A stretch of DNA of 64,000 nt from Minisyncoccota bacterium (lineage in GTDB: Bacteria; Patescibacteriota; Minisyncoccia; Phycocordibacterales; UBA9973), in contig JBAZVG010000001.1 in the NCBI GenBank assembly GCA_041661005.1, forward strand, positions 295,544 to 359,543, read 5' to 3'. A program made the position numbers and the translations under genes. This document shows positions 34,462 through 43,587 of this stretch, piece by piece. Every line of letters starts with the position of its first letter. Position 1 is the stretch's first letter. The notes under the pieces are model-generated. The model was not told the origin of the DNA. It saw only the letters and a program-made list of their open reading frames with translations, and searched no databases.

Positions 34462-35625
34462 ATGATAAGAAATATTTCAGTCGGCATAGACGTAGGGTCC
34501 TTGATGACGAGGATCGTAGTGGGAGAATTCTTCAAAGGAGAAAAAAATCCTAAAATTATTGGCGTGGGTGAAAGCGAAACATTCGGCGTGAAGCACGGAT
34601 ACATCGTCGACCCTGCCCAAGCAATAATTTCAGTAAAAAATGCAGTAGAGATGGCTGAAAAAACTGCCAACATAAAAATAAAACGCGCATTTATTTCAGT
34701 CGGCGGTGTAAGCCTGCGTGGAGAATGGAGCTCTGGCTCGACTATCATATCCAAGGCCGATGGCGAAGTGACAAATTTGGATATAAATAAAGCATTGCAA
34801 GACTGCGAAGATAATCTGAATTTAAACAACAAGAAAATCATCCAATTGTTCCATATTTCTTCTAGACTGGATGGAAAAGAAGTATTGGGACGTTTGGAGG
34901 GCATGCGCGGAACAAAGCTTGAAGTAAAAGCCTTTTTTGTAACTTATTCAATGCAACATTTGGAAGATTTGATAGAAGTCATGGCGCAAGCCGGGGTGGA
35001 AACCATAGACGTCATCGCCTCGCCTATAGCTATCGGGCAGATTGCTCTGTCGGAAAAACAAAAAATTGCGGGGGTTGGTCTGGTGAATATAGGTCATCAG
35101 ACGACATCGCTTTCTGTTTTTGAAAATGGATTGCCAGTTGCAATTCACACTTTCTCCATTGGTTCGACAGACATCACGAATGACATTGCGCTCGGATTCA
35201 GGATTCCCCTCGAGACAGCCGAACTTTTTAAACAAGGAAACATCGAGGAAAACTTTTCAAGAAAAAAATTAGATGAAATTATCGAAGCGCGCCTCTCGGA
35301 TATTTTTGAATTGATAGAAAATCATTTAAAAAAAATCAAACGCAACGGACTCCTGCCAGCAGGCATAATATTTGTGGGAGGAGGAGGAAATACGCCCGGA
35401 CTTCTCGAACTTTCGAAATCCATATTGAAACTCCCCGCAAGTCTTGGAGCAACCGATATTTTTGGAAATTTAAAGACCAAACTCCGCGATTCAACATGGT
35501 TTACAGTCCTCGGCTTGATAATTTCCGGTAGAGACAACAATGGTTACTCTGAAGGTTCATTCAAAAATTTGTTAAAAGATCTTAAAAACACAGTAAAATC
35601 AAGCATAAAACAACTAATGCCATAA
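34462..35625 (+). CDS. ftsA: Cell division protein FtsA
   Basis: Actin-like ATPase 'SVGIDVGSLMTRIVVGE' start and 'GIIFVGGGGNTPGL'. Position upstream of ftsZ. Confidence 0.85.
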   Translation: MIRNISVGIDVGSLMTRIVVGEFFKGEKNPKIIGVGESETFGVKHGYIVDPAQAIISVKNAVEMAEKTANIKIKRAFISVGGVSLRGEWSSGSTIISKADGEVTNLDINKALQDCEDNLNLNNKKIIQLFHISSRLDGKEVLGRLEGMRGTKLEVKAFFVTYSMQHLEDLIEVMAQAGVETIDVIASPIAIGQIALSEKQKIAGVGLVNIGHQTTSLSVFENGLPVAIHTFSIGSTDITNDIALGFRIPLETAELFKQGNIEENFSRKKLDEIIEARLSDIFELIENHLKKIKRNGLLPAGIIFVGGGGNTPGLLELSKSILKLPASLGATDIFGNLKTKLRDSTWFTVLGLIISGRDNNGYSEGSFKNLLKDLKNTVKSSIKQLMP

Positions 35626-35752
35626 AGAATTAGGTGCTAGGTGCTAGTGACTAGAAACTAGAACCTAAATTACTAGAACCTAATTATTTGCTTTTTTCTG
35701 TTTCGGTGGTAGTATGTTTTTATACAAGTTAAATTATCAATAAGCTAAAATT

Positions 35753-36982
35753 ATGCCAAAAATAAATCAAGCAATAGAGAGTTTCGCTCGCATCATGGTT
35801 ATCGGAGTAGGAGGATCTGGGAAAAATGCCATCAACCACATGATAACTTCCAAAGTAAAAGGAGTCTCTTTCATTTGCATGAATACTGACACACAGGACT
35901 TGCATCATTCTTTGGCAGAGAAGAAAATCCACATAGGAAAAAATCTTACCAAAGGTCTCGGCGCTGGAATGGATCCGGAGGTTGGAAGAAAGGCCGCTGA
36001 AGAAACAAAATCAGAAATCCAAGACGTAATCAAAGGCGCAGACATGATCTTCATCGCCTGCGGAATGGGCGGAGGCACTGGCACTGGCGCCGCTCCTACC
36101 GTCGCTCGCGCAGCCAAGGAACAAGGCATACTCACTGTGGCTGTTGTCACCAAACCTTTCTTTTTTGAAGGCAATCACAGGATGAAAATAGCTGAAAAAG
36201 GAATAGAAGAATTATCTAAAGAAGTAGACGCAATTATTATAATTCCAAACGACAAATTACTTCAATTATCCGATAAAAACACCAATTTTAAAGACGCTTT
36301 CAGTAGTTGCGACAATGTCTTACGTCAAGCCGTAGAAGGCATATCAGACCTTATCACCACTCCCGGCATCATCAATGTCGACTTTGCAGATATAAAAGCC
36401 GTTATGAGAGATGCTGGTAGCGCTTTGATGGGCATCGGCACTTCGTCAGGTGAAAAGCGCGCTGAAAAAGCCGCCTTGGCAGCAATCAACTCCCCACTTC
36501 TCGAGGTTTCGATTCATGGCGCCAAAGGGGTACTCTTTGCAATTTCCGGCGGAGACGATTTGACTATTCATGAAATCCAAGAAGCAGCTAAAATAATCAC
36601 GGAGTCAATCGACAAAGATGCGAAAGTTATCTTCGGCACGATTCGCGATGAAAATCTAAAAAAAGGAGAATTGAAAGTTACAGTTATTGCAACCAACTTC
36701 CCTGCCGATATGCCTCGCAAGAATCTCTTTAGCGGAACTGGAGCAGCCAGCCAGACAGCGGGCCAAACATTGCTTAAGGAAGAAAATGTTGCCTTAGCAA
36801 AAAAAGAAATAAGCAGTAGCATAAATAGCATGAAAAGCGGAAACATAAACAACACCATTGGCAGTAATGATTTCATAAAAAAGACAGAAATCAAAAAAAC
36901 AGAACCTATAAAAGATATAATTATAGAAGACGACACAGATGACTGGAGCGCTGTGCCAGCATTTCTAAGACGCAAGAAATAA
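35753..36982 (+). CDS. ftsZ: Cell division GTPase FtsZ
   Basis: Tubulin signature 'GGGTGTGAAP', 'VIGVGGSGKNAINHM'. 409 aa. Confidence 0.92.
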   Translation: MPKINQAIESFARIMVIGVGGSGKNAINHMITSKVKGVSFICMNTDTQDLHHSLAEKKIHIGKNLTKGLGAGMDPEVGRKAAEETKSEIQDVIKGADMIFIACGMGGGTGTGAAPTVARAAKEQGILTVAVVTKPFFFEGNHRMKIAEKGIEELSKEVDAIIIIPNDKLLQLSDKNTNFKDAFSSCDNVLRQAVEGISDLITTPGIINVDFADIKAVMRDAGSALMGIGTSSGEKRAEKAALAAINSPLLEVSIHGAKGVLFAISGGDDLTIHEIQEAAKIITESIDKDAKVIFGTIRDENLKKGELKVTVIATNFPADMPRKNLFSGTGAASQTAGQTLLKEENVALAKKEISSSINSMKSGNINNTIGSNDFIKKTEIKKTEPIKDIIIEDDTDDWSAVPAFLRRKK

Positions 36983-36998
36983 ATATAAAAAAGAAAGA

Positions 36999-37025
36999 CC
37001 TCGTGAGAAGCAAGCTTCCACGAGG
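36999..37025 (+). terminator. Hairpin downstream of ftsZ
   Basis: CCTCGTG-AGAAGCAAGCTTC-CACGAGG; no clear U-tract. Confidence 0.35.
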
Positions 37026-37126
37026 TCGACGAACCTCGTGGTTCGCACTTGCCTGCTAGGCAAGATTTGATTTGTTATCAGCCCTCCCCTCCGCGCCCGG
37101 AATGGCGCGGAGGGGTCGAGACCCTC

Positions 37127-37504
37127 TCAGTCGGCATGCAGCGGAAGATGTCGATGACCGTCATCTGTAGTTTCTGGTGGAAGCGAGGGTAGAAAACCCT
37201 CATAATAATGACAGTCATCCAGAAAGAGATGTGCGGGCACCACCACCTCACCGGGCGAACCGATGAAAGGATGCACCGCCAACGCTTCCTCTTCGAGAGG
37301 GATACCCCTGCTGGCGAAGTTCGCCAAAACCGTGCAGTAATCTTCCTCTTGTTTCATCCTCTCAAAAACCCTCTTGGCATTCCTGCCGAGGGCAGTGATG
37401 AATCGCATGAACGCTTCCTGGGATCCTTCTGGTATTTCCGTGGCCTTGTGTGCCATATATTGATTGCCTTTCCGACTACTAACTGACGTTGTTTTTCTGG
37501 GCAT
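37127..37504 (-). CDS. Hypothetical protein (125 aa) in a GC-rich island
   Basis: ORF in a ~50% GC segment. Could be a foreign gene or a non-coding artefact. Confidence 0.3.
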   Translation of the reverse strand: MPRKTTSVSSRKGNQYMAHKATEIPEGSQEAFMRFITALGRNAKRVFERMKQEEDYCTVLANFASRGIPLEEEALAVHPFIGSPGEVVVPAHLFLDDCHYYEGFLPSLPPETTDDGHRHLPLHAD

Positions 37505-37732
37505 ACGATCCCAAGTAATTTACGTCTCAACTCTAAAAAGAGACGAGCCCATTATTTCCAAAGTGGCTCAAAATTTACCTATCAAAACTTTAGCTACAGT
37601 GGGCTCGTCTCTTTTAAAATTTTTTGGATGACTCTTTATCGAAGAACTTTAAAAATAACTCCTTCATACTATAAAAAATAAACAAGTTCCTGTCAAGGTA
37701 AAAAGCTTGACGTCTAGTGTACAATATAAGCT

Positions 37733-38686
37733 ATGATTTACGATTTAATAATTATCGGGGGCGGGCCTGCTGGCGCGGCGGCGGCTGTGTATGCCTCTCG
37801 TAAAAGACTGCAGACGCTTTTTATAACTGCCGAATGGGGTGGGCAGTCTGTTGTGTCTGAAAAAATTTATAACTGGATAGGAACAACATCCCTTTCAGGC
37901 AATGAGCTTGCAGAAAATTTTAAAAAACATGTGCTCGCTAATTCAGGATCAAATCAAACTCTAGAAACGAAAGAGGGTGAAAAAGTAACTGCTATATTAA
38001 AAAACGAAGACCCACGCCAAGGCGGGGTAAATCTTTTTGAAATCAAAACTGAGTCAAATGAAACTTTTTTAACTAAAACAATTTTGATAACTAGCGGTAG
38101 TGGCAGAAGAAAACTTGTTGCAAAAAATGCAGACAGGCTCGAACACAAGGGATTGACATATTGCGCCTCTTGCGACGGACCGCTCTTTGAAGGGCTTGAT
38201 GTTGTTGTCATCGGCGGAGGCAATGCTGGTTTTGAAAGCGCCGCGCAACTCCTCGCTTATTGCAAATCTGTAACACTTCTACACCGCAGTGAGAATTTCC
38301 GCGCAGACGAAGTTACAGTCGAAAAAGTTTTAGCAAATCCGAAAATGAAAGCAGTTAAAAATGTAGATATTTTAGAAGTAAAAGGCGACAAGTTTGTAGA
38401 AGGCATAGTTTATAAAGATAAAATTACCGGCAAATTAACAGAGCTTGCAACTTCTGGAATCTTTATTGAAATAGGTCAGATTCCCAACACTGATTTTGCA
38501 AAGGAATTGGTGCCTTTAGACGAGATAGGCAGAATAAAAATCGACGCCTGGACACAAAAAACAGAAATTCCCGGCATTTGGGCCGCCGGAGATTGCACAA
38601 ATGTCCTATACCATCAAAACAATATCGCGGCTGGCGACGCTGTCCGCGCGCTTGAAGACATTTATCTTCACTTGCATACAAAATAG
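37733..38686 (+). CDS. trxB: Thioredoxin-disulfide reductase family flavoprotein
   Basis: FAD motif 'IIIGGGPAGAAAAVYA', redox-active 'CASCDG', NADPH motif 'VVVIGGGNAG'. Confidence 0.8.
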   Translation: MIYDLIIIGGGPAGAAAAVYASRKRLQTLFITAEWGGQSVVSEKIYNWIGTTSLSGNELAENFKKHVLANSGSNQTLETKEGEKVTAILKNEDPRQGGVNLFEIKTESNETFLTKTILITSGSGRRKLVAKNADRLEHKGLTYCASCDGPLFEGLDVVVIGGGNAGFESAAQLLAYCKSVTLLHRSENFRADEVTVEKVLANPKMKAVKNVDILEVKGDKFVEGIVYKDKITGKLTELATSGIFIEIGQIPNTDFAKELVPLDEIGRIKIDAWTQKTEIPGIWAAGDCTNVLYHQNNIAAGDAVRALEDIYLHLHTK

Positions 38687-38709
38687 AATAATTTTTACTA
38701 CTAGTTAGC

Positions 38710-38741
38710 ACCATAATAGCAACGGCCGTTGCTATTATGGT
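38710..38741 (+). terminator. Perfect palindromic hairpin after trxB
   Basis: ACCATAATAGCAACGGC/GCCGTTGCTATTATGGT. Confidence 0.4.
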
Positions 38742-38768
38742 ATCTCGAGTTATCCACTTTAAAAATAC

Positions 38769-38998
38769 TTGCACGCTTTTTAAAAGAGAATATAATTTTA
38801 ATACTGTTATATGTTGGAAATGAGGTTACCTGCCCGAAATGCTACGCACATGCGTTGCAGGCGGGGATTCCTCTACTGTGCCGCAACGGTAATATCTCAA
38901 CTGAGATTAGTCCGGTCTTCATCTAACAGAGCTTCCGAGCAGGAGAAACCCCCGTTTAAAAGGGTTCCCAAAATTCTGCCGGCAGGCAGGATTTTTTT
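38769..38998 (+). promoter_or_regulatory. Candidate cobalamin riboswitch: promoter TTGCAC-N16-TATAAT, structured leader, intrinsic terminator
   Basis: Leader contains 'GCCGCAACGGTAA' and 'AGTCCGG' (B12-box-like), 'GGAAATGAGGTTACCTGCC'. Terminator CTGCC-GGCA-GGCAG + T7 at 38976-38998, directly upstream of a DUF4430 gene. Confidence 0.5.
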
Positions 38999-39076
38999 GT
39001 TTTTACCTGTCCCGTACTAAATTTTTGATTACGGGAAAAAATCGTTATTAATAAATTTTAAAATTTTAGTACTGGG

Positions 39077-39589
39077 ATGAAAAAACATAATAAAAAAATA
39101 TACACTGGGATTTTTATTGTTATAATCATTTTTCTGCTTTCTATATTTTTTACAATTACTTCTTTTGGAAAAAAAGAAAATATAGTCACCACCCCCAACC
39201 CCCTCCTCCACAAGGAGGGGGTACAAGCCACCTCTGATAAACCCAAAGCACAGAACCCTCCCCTCCTTAATCAAGGAGGGGCTAGGGGTGGTAATTCTTC
39301 CTCACCACAAAACAGTCAATCAGTCACCGTTTTGGCTGGAGATACAACGATATATCTACAACCCGGCATAATTTTTTATGACGCGCTGATTCAAGCAAAA
39401 AATACAGGCAAAATAACATTTTCTGGGAAAAATTATCCCGGACTCGGATTTTTTGTTACGGACATCGGGACACTTCACATGGGAAATGGTAAAAATCTGC
39501 TTTATTATGTAAACGGGAAAGAGGCAAATGTCGGCGTCTCTTCCTACACACTCAAAGAGGGCGACGTCATTGAGTGGAAATTAGAATAA
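39077..39589 (+). CDS. DUF4430 (transcobalamin-like C-terminal domain) lipoprotein/secreted protein
   Basis: N-terminal TM/signal sequence, low-complexity linker, C-terminal ~70 aa 'GKNYPGLGFFVTDIGTLHMGNGKNLLYYVNGKEANVGVSSYTLKEGDVIEWKL' typical of DUF4430. Confidence 0.55.
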   Translation: MKKHNKKIYTGIFIVIIIFLLSIFFTITSFGKKENIVTTPNPLLHKEGVQATSDKPKAQNPPLLNQGGARGGNSSSPQNSQSVTVLAGDTTIYLQPGIIFYDALIQAKNTGKITFSGKNYPGLGFFVTDIGTLHMGNGKNLLYYVNGKEANVGVSSYTLKEGDVIEWKLE

Positions 39590-39640
39590 ATATATGACCC
39601 TTCAATAAAAATTCAGGGTCATGGTGAGTAAAATCGAACC

Positions 39641-41947
39641 ATGAAGAAAATATTTAGCTTTGTTTTTATTTTGAGTTTTGTGTTAGTTGCATTTTCGGGA
39701 ACTTTTTTTACAACTAAATTGGCACTAGCGCAAGATGGCGTACCAATTATTACTTATACTTTAAACGGAGAATCGTCCAATGTTATAGTCAATCCTTTAA
39801 CCAATCCAGTACAATTGAACTTTGTATCGGATGAAAATATAGAAAATTGGGTTTCTGTTCGAATAGAAAATCAGGAAGATCCAAGTATCTATAAAATTTT
39901 TCTTCCAAAATCTCAGTGTGACAATACTTCCCAATGTAATGAAACATGGGACGGTGATATTTCCCCAAGTGATAAAACGTTAATTGATGGAATCTATTCA
40001 GTTATTGTCAAAATAGAAAATAAGACAGAACCAATTTTTAATCTTACGCTTACCTCTCCATACACCATACAAGTTGATACATCCATCCCAGAGCCAGAAC
40101 TAACCTCTACATTTATAATCAGAAATAGCGATTTGGAATTATACAACGGTTCAGTAACACTTCCTGAGGCAGAAAGCGATAGAAATGTACTTGCTGTCCT
40201 CAAAACGATCGATGAGAGTAGTGGGGCATTTGCTATTTCAAATATACAAGAATTTTCTTTTGGTTCATATTTGAAATGTATTTTGCCACAAGACGGAACA
40301 GAATTGTGCGACAATTGGCAATACGCTGTCGGTAATTTAACGCCATCTACAAGCATTGATACAACCCCACTTGTTGGCGGAGAAACAGTAGGAATATATT
40401 TTGGAACATCTCATCAATTAATTCTCGATACAAACATCATCACTGCTGGTGGATCGGTGAATGTCACAGCGCAAAAATATGATTATGAAAATAATATTTG
40501 GAATCCACTAACCGGCGTTTCGGTGGGCGTGACACTGCCAAATCCTGAAGATCAATGGAATCCAATAATTGTTGCCACTTATCCAGTTGATAATTTAGGA
40601 GTAGCTAACATTACAATCTCAGATGCAAATACATATACGCTCGGAATTGCTGAAGACTTTTATTTTCCTTCTTACACCGTTACTGTTTCAACGTCAAGCG
40701 GTGGCGGAGGAGGTGGAACTCAACCACCGATTTTTGATGCCGAAAAAGCACTAGCTTATTTAAAAAGTGTCCAGAGCGGAGACGGATCATTTGGCGACTC
40801 TCTTCTATACACAGACTGGGCAGGAATCGCGCTAGGAGCTATGGATGAAACCGGCAGTTCTCGCGATTCCCTTCTCGCATATTTCAACTCCAACAATAAC
40901 CTCAGTCCGCTTGTGACTGACAACGAACGGCACACCATGGCGCTTCTCGCGCTCGGACAAAATCCATACTCATTTGGTGACGTAAATTATATCAAACCGA
41001 TTATCGAAAGTTTTGACGGCACACAATTGGGCGACATTCATCTCGACAATGATGATATTTTTGGATTAATTGTACTTTCAAAAGTTGGTTATACAAAAAA
41101 TGATGAAATAATTATAAAAGATGTTGCTTTTGTAGTCTCAGCGCAAAATGCTGACGGCTCTTGGGATAATAGCCCAGATATGACCTCAGCCGCGATCCAA
41201 GCTCTCAAATCTTTTGATTCAATTACTGATGTCACAGAATCCCTTACAAAAGCTACGAACTATCTTGAATCTAAACAAGAAAGTGACGGCGGATGGGGAA
41301 ATATTTCTTCGACAAGCTGGGCGATGCAGGCAGAAAAAGTACTTCCCGCATCGTGGAGTAAAAATGGCAAAACTGGACTTGATTATTTAGGCACGCAACA
41401 AGCTACAGATGGCGCAGTACTCCCCGCCTCCGAGACTTTGCAAAATCGCATCTGGGCAACAAGCTATGCAATCCCAGCCGGACTCGGCAAGCCATGGAGT
41501 GAAATCATGCAATCGGTTTCAAAACCCGAAACAGAAGATCGGGGCAGTTCAAACGGTTCGAGAACAAGCGCGTCAGAAAATAATAGTGATACACAGATGC
41601 CGACTGGTCCTGTGTCCTGTCCTAAAGGAGACTTATTTAGCGTAAAAACTGGACAGGCTTGCACTGTGATAGATGAAAAACCACAGATCACCCAAGCTCC
41701 TGTTTTGGTTCGAAACACAAATGATTCTTCTGCGCAGAAAAAAACCTCTGTAATTTCAGAAATTCAAGAACCCGCAGATTCACTACCTCAAACAACAGAA
41801 ATAATTCCCAACACTCTGACTGCGGCAGCAATCGATGCCCTGACTACGCAGGAACAAACTACTCCCAGCAACACAGTCCCCATTGCCCTTGGAGCTTTAT
41901 CTGGAATTTTTCTTCTTTATCTAAGCTTTAGATTTTTTATTAAATAG
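39641..41947 (+). CDS. Large cell-surface protein (768 aa) with squalene-cyclase/prenyltransferase-like alpha-alpha toroid repeats and a C-terminal TM anchor
   Basis: Signal peptide. Repeats with 'DGSWD', 'DGGWGNISSTSWAMQA' (QW-like). Ser/Thr/Pro-rich stalk. C-terminal hydrophobic anchor. Confidence 0.5.
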   Translation: MKKIFSFVFILSFVLVAFSGTFFTTKLALAQDGVPIITYTLNGESSNVIVNPLTNPVQLNFVSDENIENWVSVRIENQEDPSIYKIFLPKSQCDNTSQCNETWDGDISPSDKTLIDGIYSVIVKIENKTEPIFNLTLTSPYTIQVDTSIPEPELTSTFIIRNSDLELYNGSVTLPEAESDRNVLAVLKTIDESSGAFAISNIQEFSFGSYLKCILPQDGTELCDNWQYAVGNLTPSTSIDTTPLVGGETVGIYFGTSHQLILDTNIITAGGSVNVTAQKYDYENNIWNPLTGVSVGVTLPNPEDQWNPIIVATYPVDNLGVANITISDANTYTLGIAEDFYFPSYTVTVSTSSGGGGGGTQPPIFDAEKALAYLKSVQSGDGSFGDSLLYTDWAGIALGAMDETGSSRDSLLAYFNSNNNLSPLVTDNERHTMALLALGQNPYSFGDVNYIKPIIESFDGTQLGDIHLDNDDIFGLIVLSKVGYTKNDEIIIKDVAFVVSAQNADGSWDNSPDMTSAAIQALKSFDSITDVTESLTKATNYLESKQESDGGWGNISSTSWAMQAEKVLPASWSKNGKTGLDYLGTQQATDGAVLPASETLQNRIWATSYAIPAGLGKPWSEIMQSVSKPETEDRGSSNGSRTSASENNSDTQMPTGPVSCPKGDLFSVKTGQACTVIDEKPQITQAPVLVRNTNDSSAQKKTSVISEIQEPADSLPQTTEIIPNTLTAAAIDALTTQEQTTPSNTVPIALGALSGIFLLYLSFRFFIK

Positions 41948-41989
41948 AATCAGAAATTGTGTAGATCTTTCTGTCTCCCCTCATAAAAG

Positions 41990-42076
41990 CGGAGATGGTG
42001 AGATTTGAACTCACGATCGAGTTGCCCCGATGCCGGTTTTCGAAACCGGTGCCTTCAACCACTCAGCCACATCTCC
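41990..42076 (-). tRNA. tRNA-Ser (anticodon CGA), type II with long variable arm
   Basis: Hand-folded. Acceptor GGAGATG/CATCTCC, anticodon stem CCGGT/ACCGG with loop TTCGAAA, 18-nt variable arm, T-stem GTGAG/CTCAC with loop TTCAAAT, discriminator G. Confidence 0.8.
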
Positions 42077-42251
42077 TTGCTATGCTCGTCATTGTGTCTT
42101 CGTGCCCTCTTGGGCTCTTCCCTATGTCTTTATGCTAAAGCATATTAGACATTTCTGTAAAAGCAGAATCAGATGAAATATGAAGCAGTTCATATTTCAT
42201 AGCCACATCTCCTTATGTTCAATCTACCATTTTTTTGTATTCTGTCTAGAT

Positions 42252-42710
42252 TTATCTGATTCCACTATCAAACAAAATATCCAATCTAGTTGTTTTTTTT
42301 GAATCAAAAGTGATCGGCCCACGTGTCTTTAAAATAGGATAGCTTTCCGTGGTTATTTCACCTGGATTTGGAGGAATACTATGATTGGTGATTGTGTATG
42401 TATCTGCAGAAAGTCTAACTTCATATATGCCTTTTCTATTAGAAGTTGCAGATTTTCTTAGCTGGCCATCTGACGAAACAAAATAGATAGTTGTTTCAAA
42501 TGGTTTATCCGCGCATGATTCTGTCGTAGGGTAAGTGACTACAGAACAAACTGGACCTAAATAAATTGAACCCGTAACGATAACTTTATCTATTTCTTTA
42601 CTAGTTTTTTCTTTTGCTTGTAAGACAGAAATACCTATAACTAAGGTTGTGAACATAACAGTAATGATAAGAAAAAATTTTACCCTTGCTGATTTTGTAT
42701 TTTGAGTCAT
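42252..42710 (-). CDS. Hypothetical secreted protein (152 aa)
   Basis: N-terminal signal/TM ('FFLIITVMFTTLVIGISVLQA'). Confidence 0.4.
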   Translation of the reverse strand: MTQNTKSARVKFFLIITVMFTTLVIGISVLQAKEKTSKEIDKVIVTGSIYLGPVCSVVTYPTTESCADKPFETTIYFVSSDGQLRKSATSNRKGIYEVRLSADTYTITNHSIPPNPGEITTESYPILKTRGPITFDSKKTTRLDILFDSGIR

Positions 42711-42734
42711 ATATTATTAAATTTAATTATTAAT

Positions 42735-43115
42735 TTATACACAAAGAAAGTATATCATATTGTTAACTAAGGGAGCAGTTTCTTTCTTTTCGCCGATAAC
42801 CTTACCAACATAACAATAGGAAGTTTGGATTCTATTAAATTCGGTACGATACTCAATTATTATTCCGAGTTCTGAAATTACTTCCACATCAAAACCAACT
42901 TCTTCTAAACATTCTCTGCGAAAAGCAGTTATCTTATCTTCTCCATCCTCAATACCTCCACCTGGTAATTTATAGTATTCATGTTTTGAAACTGGAAGAA
43001 CAGCTACATTATTATTTAAATCAAACACAACACCTCTTGCTGCCAAACGAGGCTCAAGCTTTTTTCCTTCTTCTTCAGTAATATTTGCTGGGTTTATAAT
43101 TCTAAGTATTTTCAT
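42735..43115 (-). CDS. NUDIX hydrolase
   Basis: Nudix box 'GGIEDGEDKITAFRRECLEEVGFDV' (Gx5Ex7REuxEExGu). Confidence 0.75.
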   Translation of the reverse strand: MKILRIINPANITEEEGKKLEPRLAARGVVFDLNNNVAVLPVSKHEYYKLPGGGIEDGEDKITAFRRECLEEVGFDVEVISELGIIIEYRTEFNRIQTSYCYVGKVIGEKKETAPLVNNMIYFLCV

Positions 43116-43122
43116 GTTTATA

Positions 43123-43518
43123 TTATAGCAAAATACTTATGATAAATATTCCAAAACCAATAGCAATAAGATTATGTGTATTTTCAAAAAATTTACCTTC
43201 TGAATCTTTTTGACCAGAAGACTTCCATTCTTTAGGATATAAAGAGTCTTCTAAGTTATTAAAATGTGATTTCTTATAGAAACCTAGGGAATCCTCAATC
43301 TTGGCCAATATTCTCCTTTGACCATTAAAACCTTTTTCTAAGTCAGAAAAATAAAATTTTTTTAGTACGAACCAAATTATCAAAGAAAAAATACTTAAAG
43401 TAATTTTTTGTTTATCACTAAAACAGATCTCTGATTGAAAAAGCCACCCAGATGCCGCCAAAAGTAATCCAAGTATCCACAGTGCAACTGTTTGTACTCT
43501 TTCTCGTATTGTATGCAC
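43123..43518 (-). CDS. Small 2-3 TM protein, SLATT-like candidate effector (131 aa)
   Basis: Two N-terminal TM helices plus a C-terminal TM. 8 nt downstream of the NTase gene. Assignment rests on architecture and context only. Confidence 0.35.
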   Translation of the reverse strand: MHTIRERVQTVALWILGLLLAASGWLFQSEICFSDKQKITLSIFSLIIWFVLKKFYFSDLEKGFNGQRRILAKIEDSLGFYKKSHFNNLEDSLYPKEWKSSGQKDSEGKFFENTHNLIAIGFGIFIISILL

Positions 43519-43587
43519 AGATGTATATCTTTCTTGAAGTGCAATTAAAAGGGTATCGATTTTTGTTGTTCATTCATTTCCATATAT

